64,000 nt of DNA from positions 704,001-768,000 of the forward strand of contig CAVXGR010000018.1 in NCBI GenBank assembly GCA_963761335.1, written 5' to 3'. Below the pieces are notes generated by a model. That model saw only the letters and a program-made list of their open reading frames with translations. It searched no databases and had not been told where the DNA came from. The DNA comes from an uncultured delta proteobacterium. GTDB lineage: Bacteria > Desulfobacterota > Binatia > HRBIN30 > BPIQ01. Position numbers and translations under genes: made by a program. Positions 1 to 10,702 of this stretch are shown one piece after another (position 1 is the first letter of the stretch; every line of letters starts with the position of its first letter).

Positions 1-1
1 T

Positions 2-757
2 CTGCGGCGACCACAGACGCGGTGCCGGAACCTCGAGATCGACACGGCAGCTGCTCTTGCCGGCGAGGGTGAGGCGCTGTGAGCTCACCGGCTCGTCCTC
101 GAGTGACAGCGCCACCACGACCTCGCCGGAGAATGGCTGGTTGGTGTCGATGTTCACCGTCAGACGCCCGTCGGCGCGAAAGCGTGTCCAGACGTCGTCG
201 ACGAAGACGTCGTCGACGGGCTCGAGCCACACAGTCTGCCAGATGCCGGTGACCCGATCGTAGTCGATCATCTCGGGGGCGGCGCCGACGATCTGCTTGC
301 CGCGGGGCTGTGTCCACACCGGGCGATCTTCGGCGCGCAGGACGATCTCGTTGCGGCCGAGGCGGGCGGCGTGCTGGATCTCGCAGCAGAGCGGCGCGTA
401 GCCGCCGCGGTGCTCGCCGGCGAGGCGGCCGTTGACCCACACGGTCGCGGCGAAATCACAGGCACCGACGTGCAGCAGCAGGCGACGGCGTAGGAAGCTC
501 TCGGGAATCTCCACCTCGCGCCGATACCACACGACTGGATGCACGGCGGTGTCGCCGATGCCGGAGAGCGGTGCCTCGAAGGTGAACGGCACGGTGATGC
601 GCTGCGGCAGCGCTCGTCCGTGATGCCAGCCTTCGGCGCGGCCCACGTCGCCGTCGTCGAAAGCGAATTGCCATTCACCGTTGAGATTCAGCCAGCGCTG
701 CCGGACGCGATGCGGTCGCGGATACTCGGGCCGGGGGAGGTCAGCAGCGGTCGGCAT
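2..757 (-). CDS. Glycoside hydrolase family 2 (beta-galactosidase/glucuronidase-like), N-terminal part; runs off the window edge
   Basis: Manual translation (not in the ORF track because no stop lies in the window): MPTAADLPRPEYPRP..WLNLNGEWQFAFD..WYRREV..VGACDFAATVWVNG..HRGGY..QPRGKQ..TGIWQTVWLEPV..PRLWSP, typical of the GH2 sugar-binding and Ig domains. Confidence 0.85.
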   Translation of the reverse strand, partial: MPTAADLPRPEYPRPHRVRQRWLNLNGEWQFAFDDGDVGRAEGWHHGRALPQRITVPFTFEAPLSGIGDTAVHPVVWYRREVEIPESFLRRRLLLHVGACDFAATVWVNGRLAGEHRGGYAPLCCEIQHAARLGRNEIVLRAEDRPVWTQPRGKQIVGAAPEMIDYDRVTGIWQTVWLEPVDDVFVDDVWTRFRADGRLTVNIDTNQPFSGEVVVALSLEDEPVSSQRLTLAGKSSCRVDLEVPAPRLWSPQ

Positions 758-813
758 CGCCGGCGAATTTACACGCCGGGGGCAGCCTGGGCAAAGCCGG
801 GCGGGACTGGGGG

Positions 814-2100
814 TCAGAGGTTCAGGTGAAAGTACCGCCACCACGAAAATGCGTGAACGGCGCTGCCGACGATCCAGGCGAGGGCGAGACGGCGGAAGCT
901 CTGCGGGGGCATCTGGGTCGCGGCGATGTAGACGACGTGGAAGCTCAGCACCATCGGTGCCAGCGTGAAGATGTCCCAGTCAGGCAGGTAGCCGAATGCC
1001 GGAAACCAGACGACGGAGAGCGCCATGCTGCCGAGCGCGGCGAGCGCCAGATAGCGTTCCAGCGGCTGGCGCGAGCGCCACAGGGCCTCCGGCCAGCAGA
1101 GGACGGCGACAGGGCTCAGGGCCAGCAGGCAGTTCACCGTGTCGATCAGATGCGGCCAGCCGAAGAACGGGTACTGGCAGTTCATGCTGCAGTACTTCGG
1201 AATCCAGGCGAGTGGCGCGGTGATGTTGCCGAATGGGCCTCCGGCGTTCGGCGCGCCGGCCAGCACATAGGCGAGCATCCCCGCCAGTGGCAGGAGGAAG
1301 GCGGCGATCGAGGTCAGCGTCGTGCGCCAGCCGTCGCCACGCCAGAGATACCAGACGTGCGCGGGAAACAGGCAGAGGGCCGAGCCGTGCATCAGCGACG
1401 CCACCGAGAGCACGGCGCTCGAGCCGGCGTTGAATCGGCGGCCGTGGCCGCGCAACGCGCGCGTGCCGAGATAGAGATACCACGGCACCAGCGCCAGTGA
1501 CTTTGGCGTCCCCTTCTCCGGGTAGCCGAAGAACAGAATCATGAACCCGGAAGACAGCATCATGAGGAAGGGCAGAGGCCAGGAAGGGGTGAGGCTCTGC
1601 GTCCAGAGGAAGATGGCGCCCACGGCCGCGGCCCCGAACACGGCGGTCACCGCGGCGATGCCGGTCGACGGCAGCAGGCCGTGCACCGCCGACCACTTCG
1701 CGGTCAGATAGGTGACCAGCATGCCGAGCGGCTCGGCGGGCTCGATCGTGTAGCCCCACAGGGGCTGCGTGTCGACTCCGACCAGGTCGCCGAACCACCG
1801 CCGGACGCGGAACGTCCAGAGAAGGCACCCGGCGATCAGCACGACGGCGGCCGCCCAAGCGAGCGGCCGGCGGACGCGCACCTTCCAGTCCGGCAGCGCC
1901 GCGCCGGCGCAGTCGGCGATCGCCATCGCCGCCGCCAGCAGCAGAGGGATCATCGGCGGCATGCGGATCGGCAGATCGCGAAACCCGGTCCACAGCCAGC
2001 CGTCGAAGATCCACGGCCATCCCCCCACGTCGGGCGAGAGCGCCGCGGCGATCCCGAAACAGAGGATCAAGGCGATGCGAATCTCCGCGCTCTTCAGCAA
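814..2100 (-). CDS. Multi-pass membrane protein, possibly a GT-C fold glycosyltransferase
   Basis: 428 aa ORF with many hydrophobic segments, FFGYPE and DWDIF motifs; start uncertain. Confidence 0.6.
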   Translation of the reverse strand: MLKSAEIRIALILCFGIAAALSPDVGGWPWIFDGWLWTGFRDLPIRMPPMIPLLLAAAMAIADCAGAALPDWKVRVRRPLAWAAAVVLIAGCLLWTFRVRRWFGDLVGVDTQPLWGYTIEPAEPLGMLVTYLTAKWSAVHGLLPSTGIAAVTAVFGAAAVGAIFLWTQSLTPSWPLPFLMMLSSGFMILFFGYPEKGTPKSLALVPWYLYLGTRALRGHGRRFNAGSSAVLSVASLMHGSALCLFPAHVWYLWRGDGWRTTLTSIAAFLLPLAGMLAYVLAGAPNAGGPFGNITAPLAWIPKYCSMNCQYPFFGWPHLIDTVNCLLALSPVAVLCWPEALWRSRQPLERYLALAALGSMALSVVWFPAFGYLPDWDIFTLAPMVLSFHVVYIAATQMPPQSFRRLALAWIVGSAVHAFSWWRYFHLNL

Positions 2101-2222
2101 AACAGCTCGCTCTTCGAGCCGGGTCTTATCGCAGGGAAGAAGCGGGCGGACAAGCGAAGGTGGCTCAGGACGGTGACTCGGTGACTCGGTGGCTCAGTGG
2201 CTCGGTCATTCTCCATTCCGTC

Positions 2223-2326
2223 GTTCTCATTCTCATCCCGTCGTTTTCCATTTTCACTGCAAGCGGCGGTCATCCCCGCAGCGCTCACGGAAACGGAGAA
2301 CGACGGCATGAGAACCGGGAATGAGA
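2223..2326. repeat. MITE-like inverted-repeat element, family A (degenerate copy), flanked by inverted GGTGACTC/GGTGGCTC octamer runs (2172-2207 and 2371-2392)
   Basis: TTCTCATCCCGTCGTTTTCC ... GGAGAACGACGGCATGAGAACCGGGAATGAGA; same arms at 22085, 23609 and 38598. Confidence 0.75.
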
Positions 2327-2453
2327 GCCGGCTGATGAGTGTCGCGCCGAAGCCGCGTCCTGGGCACGCACTCACCGAGCCACCGAGCCACCAATTAACC
2401 TCCCCGCTGTGGAACAATGCCCCCCGTCTGCGATAGAAGGGCGGGCAACGAAG

Positions 2454-5400
2454 ATGCGCCGTATCCCGTTTCACCCGCTGGTGCGCCGGTGGTTCGCCGA
2501 GACCTTTGCGGCGCCGACTCCCGTGCAGATGGAAGGATGGGAGAGGATTGCCGCCGGCGGCGATACTCTGATCGCGGCCCCGACCGGCTCGGGGAAGACG
2601 CTGGCGGCGTTTCTCTGGGCCGTCAACCGTCTGGTCGCCGCGGGCGCCGCCGGGCGCCTCGAAGACCGCATCCACGTGGTGTACGTGTCGCCGCTGAAGG
2701 CGCTCGGCAACGACATCGAGAAGAACCTGCGCCAGCCGCTGGCCTCTCTGCGGCAGATGGCCGAGAGCGAGGGATTGCCGCTGCCGGAGATGCGCGTCGC
2801 GGTGCGCACCGGCGACACGCCGGCGCGCCAGCGCCAGCTGCAGCTGCGCACGCCGCCCCACATCCTCATCACCACGCCCGAATCGCTTTACATCCTCCTC
2901 ACCGCCGAGCGCAGCCGCCAGGCGCTGCGGTGCGCCGAGACGGTCATCGTCGACGAGATCCACGCGGTTGCCGCCGACAAGCGGGGGGCGCACCTGGCCC
3001 TGTCGCTGGAGCGCCTCGAGGCGCTGGCAGAGGGGAGACTGCAGCGCATCGGGCTGTCGGCGACGCAGCGGCCGGTGGAGGAGGTGGCTCGGCTGCTGGT
3101 CGGGGCGGGGCGCTGTCGCGACGGAACGCCTGACTGCGCCATCGTCGATGCCGGACACCGACGCGAGATGGAGCTGCGCGTCGAGGTGCCGGAGATGGAG
3201 CTCGGCGCCATCCCCACCCACGAGATGCAGGGCGAGACCTACGACCGCATCGCCTCGCTGGTGCGGTCGCACCGCGCCACCATCGTCTTCGCTCATACCC
3301 GCCGTATGGTGGAACGAGTCGCCCACGCCCTGAGCGAGCGGCTCGGCTCCGAGCAGGTCGCGGCGCATCACGGCAGCCTGTCGCGGGAGACGCGCTTGGC
3401 CGCCGAGGCGGGTCTGAAGTGCGGCCGCCTGCCCGTCATCGTCGCCAGCGCCTCGTTGGAGCTGGGCATCGACGTCGGATACGTCGACCTGGTCTGCCAT
3501 CTGGGTGCGCCGCGTTCCCTGGCCTCGATGCTACAGCGGGTCGGCAGGTCGGGGCACTTCCTGGGGGCCACGCCGCGCGGCGTGCTCTTGCCGCTGACGC
3601 GAGACGATCTGCTGCAGTGCGCCGCGGCGGTGCGCGCGGCGCGCGCCGGCGAGCTCGATCGTCTGGAGATTCCGGAGAACCCGCGGGACATCCTCGGGCA
3701 GCAGATGGTCGCCATCGCCGCCAGCGGCGAGGTGGCGGTGGATGACCTGTGGAATCTGGTGCGCCGCGCCCACCCCTTCCGGCGCCTGCCGCGAGGCGAG
3801 TTCGACGCGGTGCTGGAGATGCTGGCCGAGGGCGTGTCGACGCGCCGGGGCCGGCGCTCGGCGCACCTGCACTACGATCGGGTGAACGGTGTCCTGCGGG
3901 CACGCCGCGGTGCGCGCCTGGCGGCGATCACCAGCGGCGGGGCGATTCCCGACACCGCCGACTACGACGTGCTGGAGGAGCCCAGCAACGCCTTCGTCGG
4001 CAAGGTCAACGAGGACTTCGCCGTCGAGAGTCTGGCCGGAGATGTCTTCCTGCTCGGCAATCGGCCCTGGCGCATCCGCCGCGTCGAGTCCGGGCGCATT
4101 CGCGTCGAGGACGCTCGAGGCGCGGCTCCGACCATCCCCTTCTGGCTCGGCGAGGCGCCGGCGCGCACGCGAGAGCTTTCCGCCGCCGTTGCCGATCTGC
4201 GCCGCGAGGTGGTGGCGCGCGCCGCCGATCCGCAGTCGGCAGCGGCGTGGCTGGTGGCGGAGACCGGCGTCGATTCCTGGGGGGCGGAGCAGATCGTCAC
4301 CTACCTCGCGGCCACCGCCGCCGTCCTCGGCGCCGTGCCGACACTCGACACCGTGGTCGCCGAGCGCTTCTTCGACGAGGCCGGCGGCATGCAGCTGATT
4401 CTGCATGCGCCCTTCGGCGGCCGCATCAATCGGGCTCTCGGTCTGGCCCTGCGCAAGCGCTTCTGCGTGCAGTTCGATTTCGAGCTGCAGGCGGCGGCCA
4501 CCGACGATGGTGTCGTCCTCTCTCTCGGCGAGCAGCACAGCTTTCCGCTGGAGAACGTCTTCTCGATGCTTCGTCCCGAGCGCCTGCACGCTGACCTGAC
4601 GCAGGCAGCTCTGGTGGCGCCGATGTTCGCCAATCGCTGGCGCTGGAACGCCAGTCGCGCCCTGGCACTGCTGCGGCACAGCGGCGGTCGCCGGGTGCCG
4701 ATGCCCATTCAGCGGATGCGCGCCGAGGATCTGCTGGCCGCAGTCTTCCCGGCGCAGCTCGCCTGTGGCGACAATCACGTCGGTCCGGTCGAGCTGCCCG
4801 ATCACCCGCTGGTGAACGAGACCATCGACAACTGTCTTCACGAGGCGATGGACATCGACGGTCTCGCCGAGGTGCTCGCTTCGATCGGCAGCGGCCGGAT
4901 TCGCACGCGCGCCGTGGAGACGCCGGCGCCGTCGCCGATGTCGCACGAGATTCTCAATGCCAACCCCTACGCCTTTCTCGACGACGCGCCGCTCGAAGAA
5001 CGTCGCGCCCGCGCCGTGGCGCTGCGGAGGACGATTCCCGACCTCGCCGATGGCGTCGGCGCTCTCGACCCGCAGGCGATCGAGGAGGTGCGGCGCCAGG
5101 CGTGGCCGGATGCGCGCGACGCCGACGAGGTCCACGACGCGCTCCTGACTCTGTGTGTCCTGCCGGTGGCCGACGCCGCGGAGTGGAAGGATCATCTCGA
5201 CGCTCTGATCTCTGGGGGCCGCGTCAACCTTGTCGATGTCGGCGCCGTCGCACCCGCTTACGTCGCGGCGGAGCGCCAGGGTCTGGTGCGGGCCGCATTC
5301 GGCTTGAGCGATTCGGGGGATCCCGGCCGGCGCGGTCACGGGGTCCTTCTCCCGCATCCCTTGGCGGGAGAGGGTCAGGGTGAGGGCGCCGATCTTTCTG

Positions 5401-6824
5401 AACCCCTCTCCCGCGAGCAATGCGGGAGAGGGGACCCACGCTCGCAACCACTGCACAAGAGTAGCCCGTCCCCATGCCTCAGCGAGGAGGAGGCGCTGGT
5501 CACCATCGTCCGCGGCTGGATGGAGTCGCTGGGGCCGATCACTGCCGCATCGCTGGCGGCGCGGCTGTCGCTGGCGGCGGTGCGGATGGATGCGGCGCTG
5601 GCGCGACTGGAAGCGGACGGCGTGGTGTTGCAGGGCCGATTCACTGCGGGAACGCCGGAAAGTGAATGGTGCGAGCGCCGGCTGCTGGCCCGCATCCACC
5701 GGCTGACGATCGGGCGCCTGCGCCGCGAGATCGAGCCGGTCAGCGCCGCCGATTTCATGCGCTTTCTCTTCCGCTGGCAACACCTGCAGCCGGGCGCGAA
5801 GCTGCACGGCCGCGAGGGCGTGCGCGCCGTGATCGAGCAGCTGCAGGGGTTGGAGCTACCGGCGCCGGCCTGGGAACGGGACGTCCTGCCGGCGCGTATC
5901 GCCGACTATGATCCCGCCGATCTCGAGCACCTCTGCCTGAGCGGCGAGGTGACCTGGGGCCGCTTGGCGGTGACCGCGAGTGGAGAGAACGACGAAGCAG
6001 CACCCGGGAGTGCGGGGCTCCGCCACGCCGCGCGCGGCACGCCGACGCGCTCCGCACCTCTGGCATTCGTTCTGCGCTCCGAGCTGCCGCACCTGCTCGA
6101 CGGCTCTGCGGCGGGAGATGATTGGCGAGCCGGGCTTTCGTCCATCGCTCTCGAGGTGCACGGCATGCTGCAGCGGTGTGGCGCCTCGTTTCTCGGTGAG
6201 ATCGCCGTTGCTCTCGGGCGCCGCGACGCCGACGTCGAGCAGGGCCTGTGGGAGCTGGTGGCGCGCGGTCTGGCGACCGGGGATGGTCTCGCCGGCCTGC
6301 GGCTGCTGCTGGATCCGGAAGATCGCCGCCGGGCGCGCCGCGGCGCCCAGGTGCGGGTGGTGACGGCGCGTCGACGGCCGATCCCCGTCGGGCGCTGGGC
6401 GCTGCTGCGCCTCCAGGGCCCGGAGAGTCGCGCGGAGGACAGGGTGGAGCGGGCGGCGCGGCGGCTTCTGGGGCGCTACGGCGTCGTCTTCCGCGAGCTC
6501 TGCGCCCGCGAGCGACGCGAGCCGCGCTGGCGCGATCTGCTGCGGGTGCTGCGCCGACTGGAGGCGCGCGGCGAGATTCGCGGCGGCCGCTTCGTCGCCG
6601 GCTTCCTCGGCGAGCAGTTCGCCCTGCCGCACGCAGTCGAGGCGCTTCGCGGGGTGCGCCGGCGCGCCGCGGAGGAGGAGATCGTCTGCGTCGGTGCCTC
6701 CGACCCGCTCAATCTCCTCGGCATCGTCCTGCCGGGGAGCCGCCTGTCGCCGTTTGCGACGCAGGCGATCACCTATCGCAACGGCGTGCCGATCGGCCTC
6801 GGAGAGCTCGCCGACGCCTCATGA
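2454..6824 (+). CDS. lhr: Lhr-family ATP-dependent SF2 helicase (long form with C-terminal winged-helix/glycosylase-like region)
   Basis: APTGSGKT, YVSPLKAL, TTPESL, DEIH, GLSAT, HHGSLS, SLELGID, QRVGRSGH, C-terminal GRFVAGFLGEQFALP and SDPLN; ATG 2454. Confidence 0.9.
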   Translation: MRRIPFHPLVRRWFAETFAAPTPVQMEGWERIAAGGDTLIAAPTGSGKTLAAFLWAVNRLVAAGAAGRLEDRIHVVYVSPLKALGNDIEKNLRQPLASLRQMAESEGLPLPEMRVAVRTGDTPARQRQLQLRTPPHILITTPESLYILLTAERSRQALRCAETVIVDEIHAVAADKRGAHLALSLERLEALAEGRLQRIGLSATQRPVEEVARLLVGAGRCRDGTPDCAIVDAGHRREMELRVEVPEMELGAIPTHEMQGETYDRIASLVRSHRATIVFAHTRRMVERVAHALSERLGSEQVAAHHGSLSRETRLAAEAGLKCGRLPVIVASASLELGIDVGYVDLVCHLGAPRSLASMLQRVGRSGHFLGATPRGVLLPLTRDDLLQCAAAVRAARAGELDRLEIPENPRDILGQQMVAIAASGEVAVDDLWNLVRRAHPFRRLPRGEFDAVLEMLAEGVSTRRGRRSAHLHYDRVNGVLRARRGARLAAITSGGAIPDTADYDVLEEPSNAFVGKVNEDFAVESLAGDVFLLGNRPWRIRRVESGRIRVEDARGAAPTIPFWLGEAPARTRELSAAVADLRREVVARAADPQSAAAWLVAETGVDSWGAEQIVTYLAATAAVLGAVPTLDTVVAERFFDEAGGMQLILHAPFGGRINRALGLALRKRFCVQFDFELQAAATDDGVVLSLGEQHSFPLENVFSMLRPERLHADLTQAALVAPMFANRWRWNASRALALLRHSGGRRVPMPIQRMRAEDLLAAVFPAQLACGDNHVGPVELPDHPLVNETIDNCLHEAMDIDGLAEVLASIGSGRIRTRAVETPAPSPMSHEILNANPYAFLDDAPLEERRARAVALRRTIPDLADGVGALDPQAIEEVRRQAWPDARDADEVHDALLTLCVLPVADAAEWKDHLDALISGGRVNLVDVGAVAPAYVAAERQGLVRAAFGLSDSGDPGRRGHGVLLPHPLAGEGQGEGADLSEPLSREQCGRGDPRSQPLHKSSPSPCLSEEEALVTIVRGWMESLGPITAASLAARLSLAAVRMDAALARLEADGVVLQGRFTAGTPESEWCERRLLARIHRLTIGRLRREIEPVSAADFMRFLFRWQHLQPGAKLHGREGVRAVIEQLQGLELPAPAWERDVLPARIADYDPADLEHLCLSGEVTWGRLAVTASGENDEAAPGSAGLRHAARGTPTRSAPLAFVLRSELPHLLDGSAAGDDWRAGLSSIALEVHGMLQRCGASFLGEIAVALGRRDADVEQGLWELVARGLATGDGLAGLRLLLDPEDRRRARRGAQVRVVTARRRPIPVGRWALLRLQGPESRAEDRVERAARRLLGRYGVVFRELCARERREPRWRDLLRVLRRLEARGEIRGGRFVAGFLGEQFALPHAVEALRGVRRRAAEEEIVCVGASDPLNLLGIVLPGSRLSPFATQAITYRNGVPIGLGELADAS
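5348..5433. repeat. Palindromic TCTCCC..GGGAGAGG repeat located in frame within lhr
   Basis: 5348-5402 is near-identical to intergenic 45830-45884; second hairpin CCCCTCTCCCGC..GCGGGAGAGGGG at 5403-5433. Confidence 0.75.
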
Positions 6825-8476
6825 GAGCCCTCGCTCCGGTCGGCGCTTCGCGGCTGTGCCGCGGCGCTCTGCAGGCGGCGGTCTTCGCTCTGTTCTTTTG
6901 CGCGACCCTGGTTTGCACCTCGCCGCGCGCCCCGGGCGGCGATGCTCGCTACTACCAGGTGGCGACCGAGTCGCTGGCCCGCTACGGCACCCTGGACGGA
7001 CGGGCGACGGGGATCGGTGTCACCCCGGATCGCTCCATGGTCGGCCCGCACGGGGAGCTGTACACCATCTTTCCGTTGGGTCCGTCGCTGGTGCAGGTGC
7101 CGGCCTACTGGGCGGCGATTCGCCTCGCGACCTCTCTTGCGGACAGACGAATCCGCGGCTTCATCGAGCTCCTCGGCCTGCGGGCCACGCCTGCGGCCCT
7201 GACCGCGATCGCCGCCTTGCTGCTCTTCAACCTCCTGCGGCTCTGCCTCGGCTTCTCCAATCGCCTCTCCTTTGCGGTCGCCTGCATGTACGTCTTCGCC
7301 ACCATGGCCTTTCCGTACTCGAAGCTGAACGGTGCGGAGCCGCTCCAGGCGACGCTTCTGATCGGTCTGTTCTATGTGCTGCTGCGCCCCGCGCGCCTGG
7401 CGACGCTGCCGCTTCTGGCCTTCACCGCGGGCCTGCTGGTTCTCACCAAGCCGGCGCTGTTGCTGGTGCTGCCGCCGTTCGCGTATCTGCTGCTCTCCGA
7501 GCGGGTGCTGCAGCGCTCGTCGTGGACGAGCCTGGGGACCGCGCTCGCCGTCGGGCTCGCCATGGCGGCGGTCTTCTTCTACTGGAACGACATTCGCACC
7601 GGCAGCCCCTTCAATACCTACGGGGAGTTTCAGGGCGTCGAGGACGTCTTCGTCCTCGGCAATCTTCCCGGCGCTCTCCGCGATCTGCTGCTCTCGCCCT
7701 ACAAGAACATCTTCCTCTTCAACCCGGTTCTGCTTCTGGCGGTTCCCGGATTCTTCCTCCTGGGCGGGGGACCGTACCGGCGCGCCTGGGTCGCGCTTCT
7801 CCTCATCTGGGTGGTGATGTTCGGCAGCTTCTACGTTCCCGGCTGGGGCGTCGTCGCCTGGGGGCCGCGCTTCATGATGCCGATGTTGGTCACCTGCATG
7901 CCCTTCGTCGCGGCGACCTGGCGCTGGCTCCTGGATCGCTCCCGCTCGTCAATTCCCGGCGCCGTGCGCTGGGCCTCAGTCGCCGCGGTCAGTGTGCTGC
8001 TCGTGGCCTCCGTTTACGTTCAGGTGCTCGGCGCCTCCTACGATCCCTTTCACGTGAAGATCTTCCGTTCCGCGTACAACCTGTACCGACAGAAGCTCGA
8101 TCTGCCACCGTGCGACCGAGACGAGCTGCGCAGCAGCGCCGTGGCGATTCAGCAGTACCTGTTCTGGAACGCTTCCATCGATCGGGTTCGCGGCGGCGAT
8201 CTGCCGGAGCTTCCATGGCTGGACCGCAAGTTCGATCCCGAGGTTGCCAGCTCGATGTTCGTTCGCGTGCGCGCCGACTGGTTGATGAAGGATTTCCTCT
8301 TCCTGAACCTCGACCGGGTTGCCGGCGCCGGCGTCTTCCCGCGGCTGCTCGGGTGGGCGCTCGTCGTCGGCGCGGTGCTGTCCTTTGCCGTGGCGGTGGT
8401 GCTGGTGTGGCGCAACGATCGCCGCGAGATCGCCGCCGGGAACGTCTGCGCCTCGCCGCGATCGGTGGCGCCGTGA
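6821..8476 (+). CDS. Multi-pass membrane protein, GT-C/ArnT-PMT-like glycosyltransferase
   Basis: ATGA overlap with the lhr stop; GGDARYY after TM1, E in NGAEP, LTKP, WGPRF motifs and many TM segments. Confidence 0.65.
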   Translation: MRALAPVGASRLCRGALQAAVFALFFCATLVCTSPRAPGGDARYYQVATESLARYGTLDGRATGIGVTPDRSMVGPHGELYTIFPLGPSLVQVPAYWAAIRLATSLADRRIRGFIELLGLRATPAALTAIAALLLFNLLRLCLGFSNRLSFAVACMYVFATMAFPYSKLNGAEPLQATLLIGLFYVLLRPARLATLPLLAFTAGLLVLTKPALLLVLPPFAYLLLSERVLQRSSWTSLGTALAVGLAMAAVFFYWNDIRTGSPFNTYGEFQGVEDVFVLGNLPGALRDLLLSPYKNIFLFNPVLLLAVPGFFLLGGGPYRRAWVALLLIWVVMFGSFYVPGWGVVAWGPRFMMPMLVTCMPFVAATWRWLLDRSRSSIPGAVRWASVAAVSVLLVASVYVQVLGASYDPFHVKIFRSAYNLYRQKLDLPPCDRDELRSSAVAIQQYLFWNASIDRVRGGDLPELPWLDRKFDPEVASSMFVRVRADWLMKDFLFLNLDRVAGAGVFPRLLGWALVVGAVLSFAVAVVLVWRNDRREIAAGNVCASPRSVAP

Positions 8477-10145
8477 AGCGGACGAAGGTTCCAACCGCCC
8501 CGCCGCGCCGCTGGCTGCTGCGCGGCTCGGGTATCGCCTCCGCGGCTGCCGTCTGCATCGGCAGCGTCGCCACCATCGCCCTCCTGCGCGAGGCGGGCAT
8601 GCGGGCCATCGGACAGGTGGTGTGGAGCCAGAGAGCCGTCGCCATACTGGGGATTCTGCTGCTCTCGACCGCGGCCAACCTGGGCATTCGCTTTCTGCGG
8701 TGGCAGTACCTGCTGCGGGCCTCGGGGGTGGTGGTGCCGACGCGGCCGAGCTTGCGGATCTATCTCTCGGCATTTGCCCTGCTGCTGACGCCGCTCTACC
8801 TCGGCGAGATTCTCTACAAGGTTTTTTTTTGCGCCGTCGACTCGGTGTCGACGTCGGCCGCGGCGGTGCGGTTGCCATCGCCGAGCGCCTGTACGATGCC
8901 TTTGCGCTGATTGCCATCGGTGGCGTTGCCGGGGCGCTGTCGCAGCACCGGGCCGCGGTGCTTCTGGTGCCGGCGCTGCTGGTGTTGGCGGCCCCGGTGC
9001 GCGAGGCTCTCGGACGCGCCGCGGCGTGGCCGGTGGCACTCGGTGCGCAACTGCTCGCCGAAGCCGAGGCGCGCCCCAATCTGGCCGTGATACGGAATTT
9101 GGCGCGTGGCCGCGCCGCGCTTCCCGCGTTCGCTCTGTCGCTCGGCGCCTGGAGCATCACGGCCCTGTCGCTGTGGCTGGCGACCGCGGCCGTCGGCGCA
9201 CCGGTCGGCGCCGTCGATTCCGCTCGCCTGTTCTCCACCGAGGTGCTCTTCGGCGGCATGTCGCTGATGCCCGCAGGCGTCGGAGTGGCAGGGGCGAGCA
9301 TGGTGCGCGGGCTGCGCCTCCTGGGGTTGGCGCTGCCGACGGCGGTGCTGGCGGTGGCGGTCATGCGCGCCCTGACACTCGGCGCCAGCGTCGCCACCGG
9401 CGTGGCCGTCCTTCTCTGGGCCGCCTGGAGGGGAGAGCTGTCGGCCGCCGATACGCAGGCGCACTTCGAGGAGCTCAGCGGCGTCTACGATGCCGAGATT
9501 CCGCTGCACGTGCGCGAGCATCTCGTCGGCCGCAAGGTGGACCTGATGCAGGAGATCCTCGGCGAGGGCAGGGGGCTCGGCCGCGGGCTCGACCTCGGCT
9601 GCGGCCGCGGTTACTACCTCGGCGAGCTGTGGAGGCGGGGATACGGCGCCGTCGGCATCGACTTCTCCCCGGGCCAGCTGGGTGCCATCGGGGACAGCGG
9701 GCGCACGGCGGTCGCCGACGTGCTGCATCTGCCGTTCACCGACGGAGCCTTCGACTTCGTCTACACGGTCAACGTCCTGCACCATCTGCCGTCACGGCAG
9801 CACCAGCGACGAGCGTTCGACGAGGCGCGGCGCGCCCTGCGCCCCGGGGGCATCTTCTTTCTGCACGAGATCAACGTCACCAATCCGCTGTTTCGCCTGT
9901 ACATGGGCTATCTGTTTCCGCTGCTGCGCAACATCGATCTCGGCACGGAGCGCTGGCTCCTGCCGGGCTCGCTGGCGGCGCTCCCCGGATGGCGGCTGCG
10001 CCAGGTGCGCTACTTCACCTTCGTCCCCGACTTCCTCCCCCGCCGCCTCGCCGCCCCCGCCTGGAAGCTCGAGCGCCGGCTCGAGCGGAGCCGCTGGGCG
10101 CCTCTCAGCGCACACTACATGGCCGTGCTGGAGAAGACGGAATAG
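8473..10145 (+). pseudogene. Flippase-like (LPG synthase TM/UPF0104) domain fused to a class I SAM methyltransferase, frameshifted at a T9 tract (8822-8830)
   Basis: GTGA overlap with the upstream stop. One frame gives IRFLRWQYLL..TPLYLGEILYKVFF, then coding continues in another frame with ERLYD..PAGVGV..LDLGCGRG..VLHH. A T10 or T7 tract would restore a single frame. Confidence 0.75.
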
Positions 10146-10150
10146 GGCGG

Positions 10151-10200
10151 GGTGTGAGGTGTTGAGGTGTTGGGGTGTCGGGGTGTTGGGGTGTTGGGGT
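10151..10200 (+). repeat. Tandem octamer GGTGTTG(G/A), about 6 units
   Basis: gggtgtgaggtgttgaggtgttggggtgtcggggtgttggggtgttggggt. Confidence 0.7.
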
Positions 10201-10223
10201 AGAGGAGGCATCCCGCCTCCCTT

Positions 10224-10674
<451 letters not shown>

Positions 10675-10702
10675 CGCCGAGTGGAGGCGGGATGGAGGGG
10701 AA

